Part shown: in pieces, positions 13,259 to 25,301 of the stretch
Layout: the number at the start of each line of letters is the position of its first letter
How positions within the stretch are numbered: the first letter of the stretch is position 1
Assembly (NCBI GenBank): GCA_951406725.2
Contig: OX597819.1
Span: 52,638,001-52,702,000 of the forward strand
Source of the DNA: Octopus vulgaris
Lineage: Eukaryota
Direction: 5' to 3'
DNA: 64,000 nt
Notes under the pieces: model-generated
What the model was told of the DNA's origin: nothing
The model's input: only the letters and a program-made list of their open reading frames with translations
The model's database searches: none
Position numbers and translations under genes: made by a program

Positions 13259-13984
13259 AGGTACCTGAACATTAGCGTAAACATATTATGGATTATAAGA
13301 GATTCCGGGCCATAAGTCTTTAGAAAATCAGTGTCATACATACATACATACATACATACATACATACATACATACATACAGAGAGACAGACAGACAAACA
13401 AACAAACAAACAATATTAAATCTCTGAGCTAGAAGTAAACAGTAGCAGTACGGAATCGTAAAATATGATTGCCAACTAAATGTAGTGGTCTAAATACCTT
13501 GACCAGTCAAATGACAGGATGATCTCAGCTGAAACACCTTCGATCACAGGTCTGCACGATCGAAGCTGTTCTGAAAGTTAGGCAGCGCAAGCAGCAGGCG
13601 AATGAACAGATCGAAGGTTCTAGAAGCAACAGTCCTTATAACTTGAGGGTCAATAACATTGATTTCTTTTCTTGCCTCAAGGACACACATTTTAAGGCTA
13701 CAATAGTTAATTACATCCATCTCTACGATGTATAGACAAATTCGATGTGAATTCTATTCAATTTCTCGTGTTAAGGCGAGCTTGGCAGAATCGTTATTAC
13801 GCTGGACAAAATGCTTACTGGCATTTCTTCCGGTTCCTCACGTACTGAGTTCAAATATTACTGAAGCCAACTTTGTCTCTCCTCCCTGAGGTCGATGTAA
13901 TCGATTTGATCCCTCCCACTAATTCCAGGCCTTGTGCCTATGGTAGAAAGGGTTATTTTAAAGAGTCGTACCGACTCAAAATTT

Positions 13985-14179
13985 CTCAGCTTCCATGGCG
14001 TTTAAATTCTCCACCTGGACGGGACGCTGGTCAGTCGCAGGGTTATCTCATTTTTTTACCAGTTGAGTGGACTGGAATAACGCAAAATGAAGTGTTTTGC
14101 TCAAGAACAACGCATCGCCCGGTGCAGGAATCGAAACCACAATCTAACGATCCTAACCCTGACACTAAGCCATGCGCTT
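13985..14179 (-). mobile_element. tRNA-derived SINE family G
   Basis: Reverse complement of GCATGGCTTAGTG..AGGGT...TGGTTTCGATTCCTG.ACCGGGCGATGCGTTGTTCTTGAGCAAAACACTTCATTT. Other copies at ~17500-17775, 34783-35080, 46590-46850 and 48605-48889. Confidence 0.75.
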
Positions 14180-14915
14180 AGAGCGGAAGGGTAGTAGGAC
14201 TAAATACTAGGGCCCGAGTCAAATTTGTTATTTGAGTAGCACTTGAAGTTTCGCCTGACGGATTAGTCAACCATTCTAGTTTAAATACACGCAACTTTTA
14301 AATCCTATATTTATACGTAACAATAAATTTATGTAATTTTTTCAAGCATTTTTTCTTTTTTGTTTTATTTTGTTAAAAAAAAAGACATAGAGTTTTATTC
14401 ATACCATACTGTGTATCACTAATGCTTATATTTAATAGTCCCATGGTGGAATGGAAATTAAAGTTAGTCCAATTTTACCATAAACAGATTTCCAAAACAT
14501 CTCAAACCTCTTTAGCTACTCCAGCCATCAGTTTATTTTGTAATATTCCAAATACCATCAATACTTTACAACTATTTCGACCGATTGGGATCATATAGGA
14601 TTGTTTTTAAAGACAGTAGGGTGTGATTCCAGGAACTCCCACTGTTTTTTTTTTCTTTTTTTTTTTTTTTTTTGAGACCAAAATTTTATTTCTGCACGTC
14701 CACGCGAATAACTATCGCTCAAATTTCTTCAAATTAGAAAAAATAAAAATCTGATTTCATCTTGGGAAGAAAATTAAATCAAAAACATACGTTCGTACAT
14801 TTCCTTGTTTTGGAGGGCCCCCCTAATTTCGTGTGCGCCCGTACAAGCGCACAGCTTTGTGGGAATACCGAACAAACTACGATTCGAACGACCGAATGGA
14901 GGTCTACCTAGATCT

Positions 14916-15298
14916 TGTTGCTATTGCTGTTTGTTTGTTTGTTGCGCGAAGCGGTCTTTGTCCCAGTGGGAGAAGTCCGAAACGTGGTCCTTTGCTATTC
15001 GTAAGACCCGCAGAGGAGAAAGCAGGCCAACCCCCGACACCGAGAGCATCGACGGATGGATGAATGCGCATCCAGGCTCAGCGGTTGCGTAGGAAGTCGG
15101 GGACAAGAAACAGGAAGAAAAGAGTGAGAGAAAGTTGTAGCGAAAGAGTACGACAGGGGTTGCCACCACCCGCTGCCGGAGCCTCGTGGAGCTTTAGGTG
15201 TTTTCACTTGATAAACACACACAATGCCCGGTCTGGGAATCGAAATCGCGATCCTCCGACCCGCAAATCTGCCCTAACCACTGGGCCATTGCGCCTCC
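14916..15298 (-). mobile_element. tRNA-derived SINE family D, CpG-rich young-looking copy
   Basis: Minus-strand head GGAGGCGCAATGGCCCAGTGGTTAGGGCAG...TTTCGATTCCCAGACCGGGC; (CAA/AAAC)n tail at ~14916-14945. Homologous to 52612-52910 and 58621-58908. Confidence 0.85.
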
Positions 15299-15822
15299 AC
15301 TGCTGTTGCTGTGGTGGTGGTGGGGGTCGGAATATGACCTTTTACATTTTTCAATGTATTTATTGCCCACTTCCACTTCACCCCCGCCGCTTCTTAATAA
15401 AAACACACAACTCTGAACTACTCAACTGTAAACGGCTGTAATCCAAGTACTTTTATTTTCAGTTAATCAGAGCCACGTTATGTTACGCAATACAGAACGA
15501 ACGAGATAAAAAAAAAAAAAAGGAAACAAAAAAAAACAGAAACAAAGTTTGGAGTTTGTATGACAGTATGAGCTGTAATCCAGCTCCTTTAAAAAAAACC
15601 ACACCGACTCGTGTCTGTACCTCCACCCCGTTTCTCTCTCTCTCTCTCTCTCTCTCCGTGACTAAACAGCACGCATGTTATAATCTAAACATGCCAGTTG
15701 TGATTAATTTGTCTATACGGCATATTGTTTTTGAAATTGCAAAAACATGACCGTCTCCACTTTACTGGCCGCGCTATGTGGGTGTTATATACATTACGCG
15801 TGTGTATATGCTCAGGAGGGTG

Positions 15823-15909
<87 letters not shown>

Positions 15910-15911
15910 TG

Positions 15912-16125
15912 TGGAGCTGGCAGAAACGTTAGCACGCCGGGTGAAATGCGTAGCCGTATTTCGTCTGTCGTTACGTTCCGAGTTCAAATTCCGCCGAGGT
16001 CGGCTTTGCCTTTCATCGATAAATTAAGTACCGGTTACGCACTGGGGTCGATGTAATCGACTTAATCCCTTTGTCTGTCCTTGTTTGTCCTCTTTGTGTT
16101 TAGCCCCTTGTGGGTAGTAAATAAA
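15912..16125 (+). mobile_element. SINE family B
   Basis: GAGCTGGCAGAAACGTTAGCACGCCGG...GAGTTCAAATTCCGCCGAGGTCG...AGCCCCTTGTGGGTAGTAAA. Confidence 0.9.
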
Positions 16126-16141
16126 TAAATAAAAAAAAAAA

Positions 16142-16174
<33 letters not shown>

Positions 16175-16618
16175 ATATATGTATATATAGACAGACACAC
16201 ATATACATACACACATACATACATATATAGACAAGCATACATATACATACGCACGCACACACATGTATAAAGAGACACACCCACTCATACGCACAATTAT
16301 ATTATCCTACGTACTTACTAAGACACCTTAATGGGGTACTTCAGATAACCATGGTAACAAGTGGATATTAAATTCAACTCTTAAATTCTAGTCACATTCA
16401 TTAGATTTCGAAAGGTACAAAAAAAAAAAAAAAAATCAAGTAGTTCTTAGTTTTTGCTTTTCTGTTTTTTTGGGGTTTTTTCGTCCTTAAATAAAAATGG
16501 TTACATAAAAAAAAGACATTCTCGAAAAAAAAAAGTGAAAATTAAAACATTTCAATATTTTCATTTTAGCCTGCAGAAGCTTATATTTCTCTCCTGATTG
16601 CCGTGACATATCACTGAA

Positions 16619-16650
<32 letters not shown>

Positions 16651-16739
16651 CTATGTGTGTGTATATATATATATATATATATGCCTCTGTGTTTGTGTAC
16701 ATATGTATGAATGTATGTATGTATGTGTGTAAGGCTATG

Positions 16740-16960
16740 ACAATTTTCTGAAGTATGATGCATGAAATACATAACAATTATGTGACCTCGTGTGTACCGT
16801 TGGCGATTTTTTTTACTGTCTTCCCTTCTCCTATGTTTCCGACGAAGAGCTCCGCTCGAAACGTTAAACCCTCCTTCTTTCCTTGGCGTCCAATAATACT
16901 ATATTTGTTCCACGTCCTCGCGTTGTTGTGTTTTTTTGTGCTTTCTTGTTTGGATTAACT
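16740..16960 (+). mobile_element. Penelope-like element (PLE) pLTR fragment with minimal hammerhead motif
   Basis: GTTT-CCGACGA-A-GAGC-TCC-GCTC-GAAA-CG-TT-AAAC at 16835-16869, a T-rich 3' part, and TG/TA microsatellite flanks. Minimal type I hammerheads are a known hallmark of PLE pLTRs. Confidence 0.6.
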
Positions 16961-16980
16961 TATATATATATATATATATA

Positions 16981-17318
16981 TGCGGTACCTTGGGTAAGTG
17001 TCTTCTACTACAGCCCCGGGCCAAACAATGCCTTATCAATGAATTTGTTAAACGGATACTGTATAGAAGCCTATTGTATGTGTGTGAGTGTGTGTGTGAA
17101 TCTTTGTGTTGTTCACTGTACCCCACCAAAGCTTGACAACCAGTGTCGGTTTGTTTACATCATCGCAACTTAGCGGTTCGGCAAAAAAAGACCGTTAGAG
17201 AAAGTACCGGACCTAAAAAACATAAATACTAGGATCCAATTGTACAACTAAACCAATCAAGGCGATGCTCCAGTATGGTCGCAGACCAATAACTGAAGCA
17301 AGCCAAAGATTAAAGATA
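16981..17318 (+). mobile_element. SINE family A, 5'-truncated and diverged
   Basis: ACCTTGGGTAAGTGTCTTCTACTA...CTTAGCGGTTCGGCAAAA...CCAGTATGGTCGCAG. Confidence 0.8.
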
Positions 17319-17813
17319 TATTTAGTTAATGCTCTTGTTGTTTAGCCCCCGGTCAAGTAGGTTGTCTATTACTACGTTATCCAGTGTAGTGTTACATATC
17401 ATCTTTACGGCAGTCGGATGTAATTTAAGGGAAATTTGGCTGGTATTTCTAACAAGTTGAGTGGCCACATACTCGATTTCTTGCTAAGGTACGTACTGTT
17501 CAGCCAACAATCACCCAAGTGCGAGTATGGTTTGATAGCTTGTACCATGTTTTAGCTAATTGTTTTAGGTGTCTGTGTTGTTGAGAACAAATATAGATAC
17601 CCTTTTGGTTACCTCACCTTTGGCCTAGTGGAACATCAGGGATGTGGAAACTGGAGAAAGATTAGGCTGAGTAGACTGGAACAACTTGAAATGAAGTGCC
17701 TTGTTCAGGGATACAATGCGCTGTTTAGTCCAGGAATTGAACCTACGGCCATATGATCATAACCTGAATACTCTGAGCCTTCAAGCAGTTAGGGGACATT
17801 TTATAGATATAAT

Positions 17814-18220
17814 CCTTTCTACAATAAACACAAGGCTTGAAATTCGGGGGTAGGGGTAAAGTTAATTACATTGACCCCAGTAATAGAGTGGAACTTATTT
17901 CATCGACGCTGGAAGGATGAACGTCAATATCAACGTCTGTCAACGTCAACGGAAACTTGACTCCACGTAAAGATGGACGAAATACCTATTTCTTTACTAC
18001 CCACAAGGGGCTAAACACAGAGAGGACAAACAAGGACAGACAAACGGATTAAGTCGATTATATCGACCTCAGTGCGTAACTGGTACTTATTTAATCGACC
18101 CTGAAAGTATGAAAGGCAAAGTCGACCTCGGCGGAATTTGAACTCAGAACGTAGCGGCAGACGAAATACCACTAAACATTTTGTCCAACGTGCTAACGAT
18201 TCTGTCAGCTCACTGCCTTG
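17814..18220 (-). mobile_element. SINE family B (composite) with 14-bp TSD
   Basis: TTTATAGATATAAT at 17800-17813 and 18221-18234 flanks the element. Confidence 0.9.
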
Positions 18221-18296
18221 TTTATAGATATAATATAACTATGATAAATCAGATTGGAAAGCAATTCTGTGCCAACATCTGGACACAGAAAAACAG

Positions 18297-18860
18297 TGCA
18301 TTTAGATTACTCTATCCAATATAATACTTATTTACTCGTATTGTTTTGAATTAATCATAGGCGTAGGAGTGGCTGTGTGGTAAGTAGCTTGCTTACCAAC
18401 CACATGGTTCCGGGTTCAGTCCCGCTACGTGGCACCTTGGGCAAGCCTCGGGCCGACCAAAGCCTTGTGAGTGGATTTGGTAGACGGAAATTGAAAGAAG
18501 CCCGTCGTATGTGTGTGTGTGTGTCTGTCCCCCCAACATCGCTTGACAACCGATGCTGGTGTGTTTACGTCCTCGTAATAAACTGACAGAATAAGTACTA
18601 GGCTTACAAAGAATAAGTCCTGGGGTCGATTTGATCGACTAAAGGCGGTGCTCCAGCATTGCCGCAGTCAAATGACTGAAACAAGTAAAAGAGTAACAGA
18701 GAGTATCATCTCGTAGCCTCGAGATTTCGATGATGTGACTGTTTATTTTTGAATGACATTGTAGGATAGGTGTGAGAGGCCAAATCTGGCTGGTTTGTGT
18801 ATAAAACAGGTAAAAAAAGAATTCGGCTGGTTATGGCCAGTTTAAATGCTAATGAATTAA
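18297..18860 (+). mobile_element. piggyBac-like MITE (family E), interrupted by a SINE A
   Basis: GCATTTAGATTACTCT...TTGTTTTGAATTAATCA, then SINE A, then TCTCGTAGC...GGTGTGAGAGG...TTTAAATGCTAA. Both halves match the 24610-24817 element. Confidence 0.7.
18360..18695 (+). mobile_element. SINE family A, near full length
   Basis: Complete head and tail; CpGs retained. Confidence 0.92.
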
Positions 18861-19379
18861 TAGAAAGATGACAAAAACAAGTCCAGTAAGCAGCTGGGCG
18901 TTTAAGGTATCAGTTGATGAGTTTTCAGGAGAGGTAGGCAAGGTGGGTATGGCTGTGTGCTGCAAATAGATGTCACACAACATCTTGTTGGAAGAGTACA
19001 TTGTGTTGACACAGAGAAGTACTTGTGGTAGAGGTAACCAAAGGAATAACTACAGCTGAAGCTAAAAAAATCTCTATAGGTGATGTTGGTTCTCGTAGAT
19101 GAGATGACACAAAAGAGAAAATAGAAACATATTGTATTGTACACCCATTCAACCCATACAAGTGGTATATGAGAGGAACGGACCTTATGACATTAATGAG
19201 GCTGTTATATAGTCACAATGGTTTAGGTATAGAGGTATATACAGGTGTATAATTCAGAACTTTAAATAACACCAGCGGTTTAACCTATTTTGTTGTCTCA
19301 GCTATTTACATTAAACTGAGCCCAATCTCGTCTACATATACATGTTTTAGCGACATGGTCTATTACTAATTACCTCGGT

Positions 19380-19870
19380 CACACTGTACATCATTACCCC
19401 ATGTCTCAGTCACATGATCAACCATTAATTAGTCACAGGATCAACCATTAATTAGCTACAGGATCAACTATTAATTAGTCACAGGATCAACCATCAATTA
19501 GGTCACATGATCTACCATCAATTAGTCATATGATCCACCATCAATTACTCCATGACTCAGTCACATGGGCCACCACTACTTCATGTCTTTATCACGTGGT
19601 CCACCATAAATTCTTCCATATCTCAGTTATATGATCCACCATTATTCCTTCATGTCTTAGTCACATCGTCCACCTTAAGTTACTTCATGTTTCAATCAAA
19701 TGGTCCACCACTCATTAACATGTCTCAGCCACATATCTCAGTCACATGGTCTACCACCAATCACCTCATATTTCAACCACATGGTTCACGACTATGAAAT
19801 GTCTCAGTTACAAGGTCCACTACCAATTACCTAATGTTTCAGCCACAAGGTCCACCATTACCTTGTGTCT
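19380..19870. repeat. Minisatellite: ~23-bp unit (AGTCACAKGATCAACCATYAATT) x ~6, grading into longer degenerate units
   Basis: Tandem copies visible at ~19408-19546. The related CATGTCTCAGTCACATGGTCCACCA core recurs to ~19870. Confidence 0.85.
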
Positions 19871-20037
19871 CAGCTAAAGCTGTCCACATTATGCCAAGAC
19901 TACAATTCCACTTCCAGAACAATCTATAAAATGAAGTGCTGATAGCAACAGCTGTAATTGTATTTCACTTAAGCTCTAGAAGATTAATATTCTGCTTAAC
20001 AAGTTGATTACATACTGAGGCAGAAGTATCTTGTTGT

Positions 20038-20092
<55 letters not shown>

Positions 20093-20180
20093 GTAAAGGA
20101 GAGACAGAGAGATAATGTTTCTCTGTCTTACAAGCATATGTATGACTGAGTGTGTGTGTGTTTTTATATATATATGTATG

Positions 20181-20223
<43 letters not shown>

Positions 20224-20244
20224 GTGTGTGTGTGTGTGTGTATA

Positions 20245-20325
<81 letters not shown>

Positions 20326-21512
20326 GCATACACACACGCGCTCTCATATACACAGGTATACATACATATGTACAAATATATGCACATATACATATATACG
20401 CATGTGCACACACACACACACACACAATTATATACATTTATTTACACACGTGTATATATGAGTGTGTAAGGATTGTAAGGTATAGAGAAAGTATATGCAC
20501 ACAAACACCACTACATACATACAAATACAGGCAAAAAGATAGGAGACTAGAATTACTCATCTTAAGAGCTGTCTTGAGATTTCAGAGATTATTATTATTA
20601 AACCTTTGGTATTTTCAGATTCCTACTTAGCAGAAACTATTAGCTTAGCTTATTGTTTCCTGCCATCATCCCAGCAGACACCCCACCCAACATATCTCTT
20701 TATGCTTTCATGTAAACACATGTATTACAAGAAAGATAAGCTGGTGGTGGTACGGATTTTAGCAAAATACATCTTAAATAAATTCATTATTTATGTATCT
20801 ATTTATATATATATTTTTTTCATTTCCCCATCAAAAGCAAAATAAGCAACAAAAAAAAAATGAAGAGAAGGAAAGAAAAAGATAGAAAAAGAGGAAAATG
20901 TGTTCTGTTACAAACATAATTTCTCTCTTGGAAACTAAACTAAATTGTTTGGTATGTTGGAAGAGAAATAGATAAGTGATTCACACACACAAACAAACAG
21001 AAAACACCTCACTCACTTCTTCAATCTATATATTACTGATTGGTAATAATTTGTCAACAATACCAAAGTTTTAAATCCTACCCAACCACCCAAACTGCCA
21101 TGAAGTTCCTTCAGAGACAAGCTTGCACTGCACTGATATCCTACCTCGGAGAGATACGAGATGTGAAGCCTCAAATGCTCAACATTATGCATTAAACCTG
21201 GATAAGCTCCATCGTAGTGCAAAGCTTACAAGTAATAGCTGTACATCATTGTGTCAATGTGTGTGTGTGTGTGTAGAGTGAGTGAGTGAGTGAGTGTGAG
21301 TAAGCGTAGGTATGGCTATGTGCTCAAAAAGTTTGCTTCCCAAAGCACATGGTTACAGGTTCAGTCTCACTTCATGGCAGCTTGGGCAAGTATTTTCTAC
21401 TACACTATTTGCAGTTTGACCAAACCCTTGTGAGTGAATTTGATAGAAATTACGATAAAACTGACTAGTCGCCTACCCCCAAATTTGAGGCCTTGTGCCT
21501 CCAACAGAAAGG

Positions 21513-21707
21513 ATTATTATTATCATTATTATTAGTATTCCTTCGTAACACAGTGTAGGTAAAAATGCACAGGAGTCTTTAGTCATCTGTCAAGTCACAA
21601 CAAGGATCTCAGACAGATAAAACTTTCCTTAAGATGTGTGCTGTGCCTAATAAGGCTGCTTTTTGCAAGACATCAATCTTGCATTGGATTTCCAGTTGCC
21701 TTAGATT
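21513..21707 (-). mobile_element. R4/Dong-clade non-LTR retrotransposon, 5'-truncated 3' end
   Basis: Minus strand 21707-21609 reads NLRQLEIQCKIDVLQKAALLGTAHILRKVLSV*, matching the LQKAxLLGTAxILRKVL C-terminus of R4/Dong ORFs. A short 3' UTR and a (TAA)n tail follow at 21513-21534. Confidence 0.8.
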
Positions 21708-22299
21708 GAGCCCAAATTATAACTATTATTTACTTTGATTTTGTGTTCAAAGAAGTGGTGACAATAACAGCAACAACAATCTTTTTTTTAAATAATTTCC
21801 AATGATGGTAAAATGCAAAAATAGTAAGGAATGTTAATCCTTACTATTTTCTCCTTCATGACATTAAAAAATAATAATATTAAGTAAATAAGAAGAAAAT
21901 TTGAAACACTGCTTGCTAGTGACAACAATAATCGAAACATCAATGAGAACACAATAGCCTAACAACAACAACAACAGGAAGTAAGATTTCCCAACAGTAA
22001 CAAGAAGTGGAGATAAGGAAGACCTGGATGCTGTAGAATAAGAGAGGCAACAGCAGCAGCAGTAACAACAACAGCAACAACAACAAAAAAAAAACAATAA
22101 TAATCTAGTTGAGGAATAAAAACAAAATGACTTGAATAAAATGGAATATTAATAACAACAAATCAATAACAATAAAAATGAAAGAAAACTGCAAGAATTA
22201 TAAAAAAGGTTTTTGAGACAAAAATAGCAACAAGAACAAACAATGATTCTTATTCATTTAAATTCCATCTCAATGATAAGAAAAGGAAAGAAAAACTGT

Positions 22300-22300
22300 G

Positions 22301-22375
<75 letters not shown>

Positions 22376-22752
22376 GCAGGCAGGCAGGCAGATAGATAGG
22401 TAGATAGATAGATAGATAGGTAGGTAGGTAGATAGATAGACTGACAGACAGAGACAGATAAACAGACAGACCGACAGACAGAAAGGTAGGTAGGAAGGTA
22501 GGTAGGCATAGATGTAGATAGTTAGATAGACAGACAGACAGACAGATATATAGATAGATACATACATACATACATACATAAATATATAAATAAATAAATA
22601 AATAGATAGATAGACAGACAGACAGGCAGGCAGACAGATAGATACACAGATAGATAGAAAGGTAGTTATATAGATAGGTAGGTAAATACATAGATATCTA
22701 TATAGACAGATACATACATACATACATACATACATACATACATACATACATA
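22300..22752. repeat. (GATA)n/(GACA)n/(GGCA)n/(CATA)n tetranucleotide array
   Basis: Directly visible. Confidence 0.95.
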
Positions 22753-24321
22753 AAAAATAAAAAAAAGTGAGAATGGAATAAGAAAGGGAGATGGGAGGGG
22801 TTGAGGGGTAGAGAAGAGTTATGAAATATAAATTTAATTAGAACTAGCTCTCGTTTATTTGATTCTCTCGTTGGTAAATTCAATCAGTTCAGCTGCATGC
22901 ACTATCGCAGAAATGTTACAGTCACTTTAATTTAGTGCACTTCCAATAGAAGATCGCTCTGCTTTCATGCACCACCGTACAACAATGGTGCTGGTTGTAG
23001 TGGTGGTGATGGTGGTGGTGTTGGTGGTGGCGGGAGGATTGGGGAGGGGGGTAACAGCAGCAGCAGCAGCAGCTGCGTGGCCAAGCTGAGAGGAGACCAA
23101 TACGTTAATATTTTGGAATATAAGACATAATGAAATAAAAGAGAAAAATCTTCAATTGAATTAGTTACTAGTCCAATATATTGTGCACACACACACACAT
23201 ACTCCAGTATGTGAGTAGGCATGTGTATGTTACTATACATTTTTAAAATACATACATACATACATATATATATATATACATACACATACACACACACGCA
23301 TACACACACATACATACAGGCATACACACGTGTGCACATGCATGCACAACACGCACAAATTCCCATACCGCAAACCTATAGGAATGTGTAGATGTGTGTA
23401 AATTCCTGTAAGCAAGGAACACATACACATATGTAGACACACTGCATTTGTATGTGTGTGTGTGTGTGTGTGTACGTGTAAGTATAAACATATATATATA
23501 TATACAAATAAGTATATGGGTGTAAATTTATATGTAAGTGTCTATATGTATGTATGTGTGTGTGTGTGTGTGTGTATATATGAGTGTGTGTATATATGTA
23601 TATATATTTGTTTGTGTGTGTATATATGTATGTATATATTTGTGTGTGTGTATGCATGCATTTATATATATGTATGAATGAATGTGCATACGTACACACA
23701 CCCGCCTGTGTTTGCAGTAGAAAATAGTAAATTGAGTACAATTTGTGATGAAATATATGTGTACGTGCACAAGTGTGCAATTTTGCAAGGATGTATAGGT
23801 GTATATAGACGCACAGAATATCCGTATACATGAATGTGTACTACTTGTACAGCATACCTGCTTCACAGAATTCTATCAGGCTTGATTACAAATTCAGCTT
23901 TCTACACCATAAGAAAAATATTGGTCAGGCTGAAATAAAGGAACTTGGATAGAATGGAGCTCTTGAACGACTCTGAAGATGCTAGAGAAAGGTTAGCTTG
24001 GGTATTTCAAATGGCACCTTGTAGGTGGGGAGACTACTTCTCACTACACAGCCATCAATCACAAACAATGATTGCAAGCTCTTGCCCATTTGCCAGGTGT
24101 TTTAGCCATGGTGGAAATCAAATTTTTCAATAACATTACAGTCAACAAGCAAGATGCCAAGCAATGATAAAAGTATACAAGTACAAGGCCTCGTGCTAAA
24201 AATGTATAAAATTCAAGAAGGATTTGTGATAAATATTTGAAGGCTTGAAAATAAGTCACATGCCAAAATGCTTCAAACAGGTTTTCCATTAAATACACAG
24301 GGATGATTTGATTCTTAATCA

Positions 24322-24478
24322 CTACACTCTCAGAGTGGTTGGCATTAGGAAGGGCATCCAGATTGGAGCCTGGTGCAGCTGCTGGCTTTCCAGACCTCAG
24401 TCAAACCATCCAACCCATGACAGCATGGAAAATTGATATTAAACGATGATGATGATGACGATGATGATGACGACGACA
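24322..24478 (+). mobile_element. Family C retroposon 3' part with (GAT)n tail (SINE-like, possibly RTE-dependent)
   Basis: CACTCTCAGAGTGGTTGGCATTAGGAAGGGCATCCAG...CCAACCCATG.CAGCATGGAAA...TTAAACGATGATGAT. Many copies, e.g. ~25905-26055, 30541-30850, 42005-42165, 44795-44940, 46030-46190, 57290-57460, 61105-61300. Confidence 0.75.
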
Positions 24479-24609
24479 CAGTGTGTGGCATAGTGTTACT
24501 GTCTCCCAACAGGACATTAGTACAATGCACAGATGTATGAAAGATAAGTGCAAGCCCTTGAAGGAGCCAGTTAGGGGATCACTAGAAAAAGCAGTCTAAT
24601 CTCCCTTAA

Positions 24610-24817
24610 CCTGTTAGCATTCAGATTTCTTTGTCAAATGTATGACTTATTTATTCACATTGTTTTGAATGAATCACACAATAAGATTCCAATGGTATGT
24701 TTGTATATTTTTAGAACAACACTGTAGGGTTGGTGTGAGAGGTTGGATCTGGTTAGTTTTAACATAAAACAAGTAGAATATTTGAGCCAGATATGGCTGG
24801 ATTAAATGCTTAAAGGG
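24610..24817 (+). mobile_element. piggyBac-like MITE (family E) with TTAA TSD
   Basis: TTAA|CCTGTTAGCATT...AATGCTTAAAGGG|TTAA (TTAA at 24606-24609 and 24818-24821). Removing it restores the host repeat AATCTCCCTTAAATCATATCCTAC. Confidence 0.8.
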
Positions 24818-25113
24818 TTAAATCATATCCTACAATCTCTATACATGTGGCAATATTATCAGCAGTAGGTCAATGTTAATAAGGGAGAGGAAGAAAAGGC
24901 AAGGGAGAAAGAAAAGGAATAATAGTGACAGAGGGAGACTGTGTGTCTGAGAGAGAGAGAGAGAGAGAGAGAGGAAAGATTGAGAGACAAAGACTCAAAG
25001 TAGCAAAGCTTTCAATGAGGAGCAGAAAGAGGGGTTATAACAGTAAAGCACAAATGAATAGTGCTATGGAGAGAAGGGATCAACAGGTGTGTTTGATAAT
25101 GTAGTCCTAGAAA

Positions 25114-25301
25114 GGCGGCGAGCTGGCAGAAATGTTAGCATGCCGGGGTGAAATGCTTATCGGCATTTCGTCTGCTGCTACGTTCTCAGTTCAAATTCCA
25201 CCGAGGTTGACTTTGCCTTTCATCCTTTCGGGGTTGATAAATTAAGTACCAGTTGCGTACTGGGGTCGATCTAATCGGGCCTTGTGCCCAGAGTAGAAAA
25301 G
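25114..25301 (+). mobile_element. SINE family B with 16-bp TSD
   Basis: AATGTAGTCCTAGAAA at 25098-25113 and 25302-25317. Confidence 0.93.

Noticed and set aside
16345-16358. RFX X-box-like ATAACCATGGTAAC
   Set aside because: Single imperfect motif without promoter context.
19380-19550. Regularly spaced repeats resembling a CRISPR array
   Set aside because: Head-to-tail units without unique spacers, eukaryotic context and no cas genes.
21011-21240. Minus-strand 69-aa ORF ending near a GTGAGT donor
   Set aside because: Weak acceptor, stops in all frames from that acceptor, and no homology recognised.
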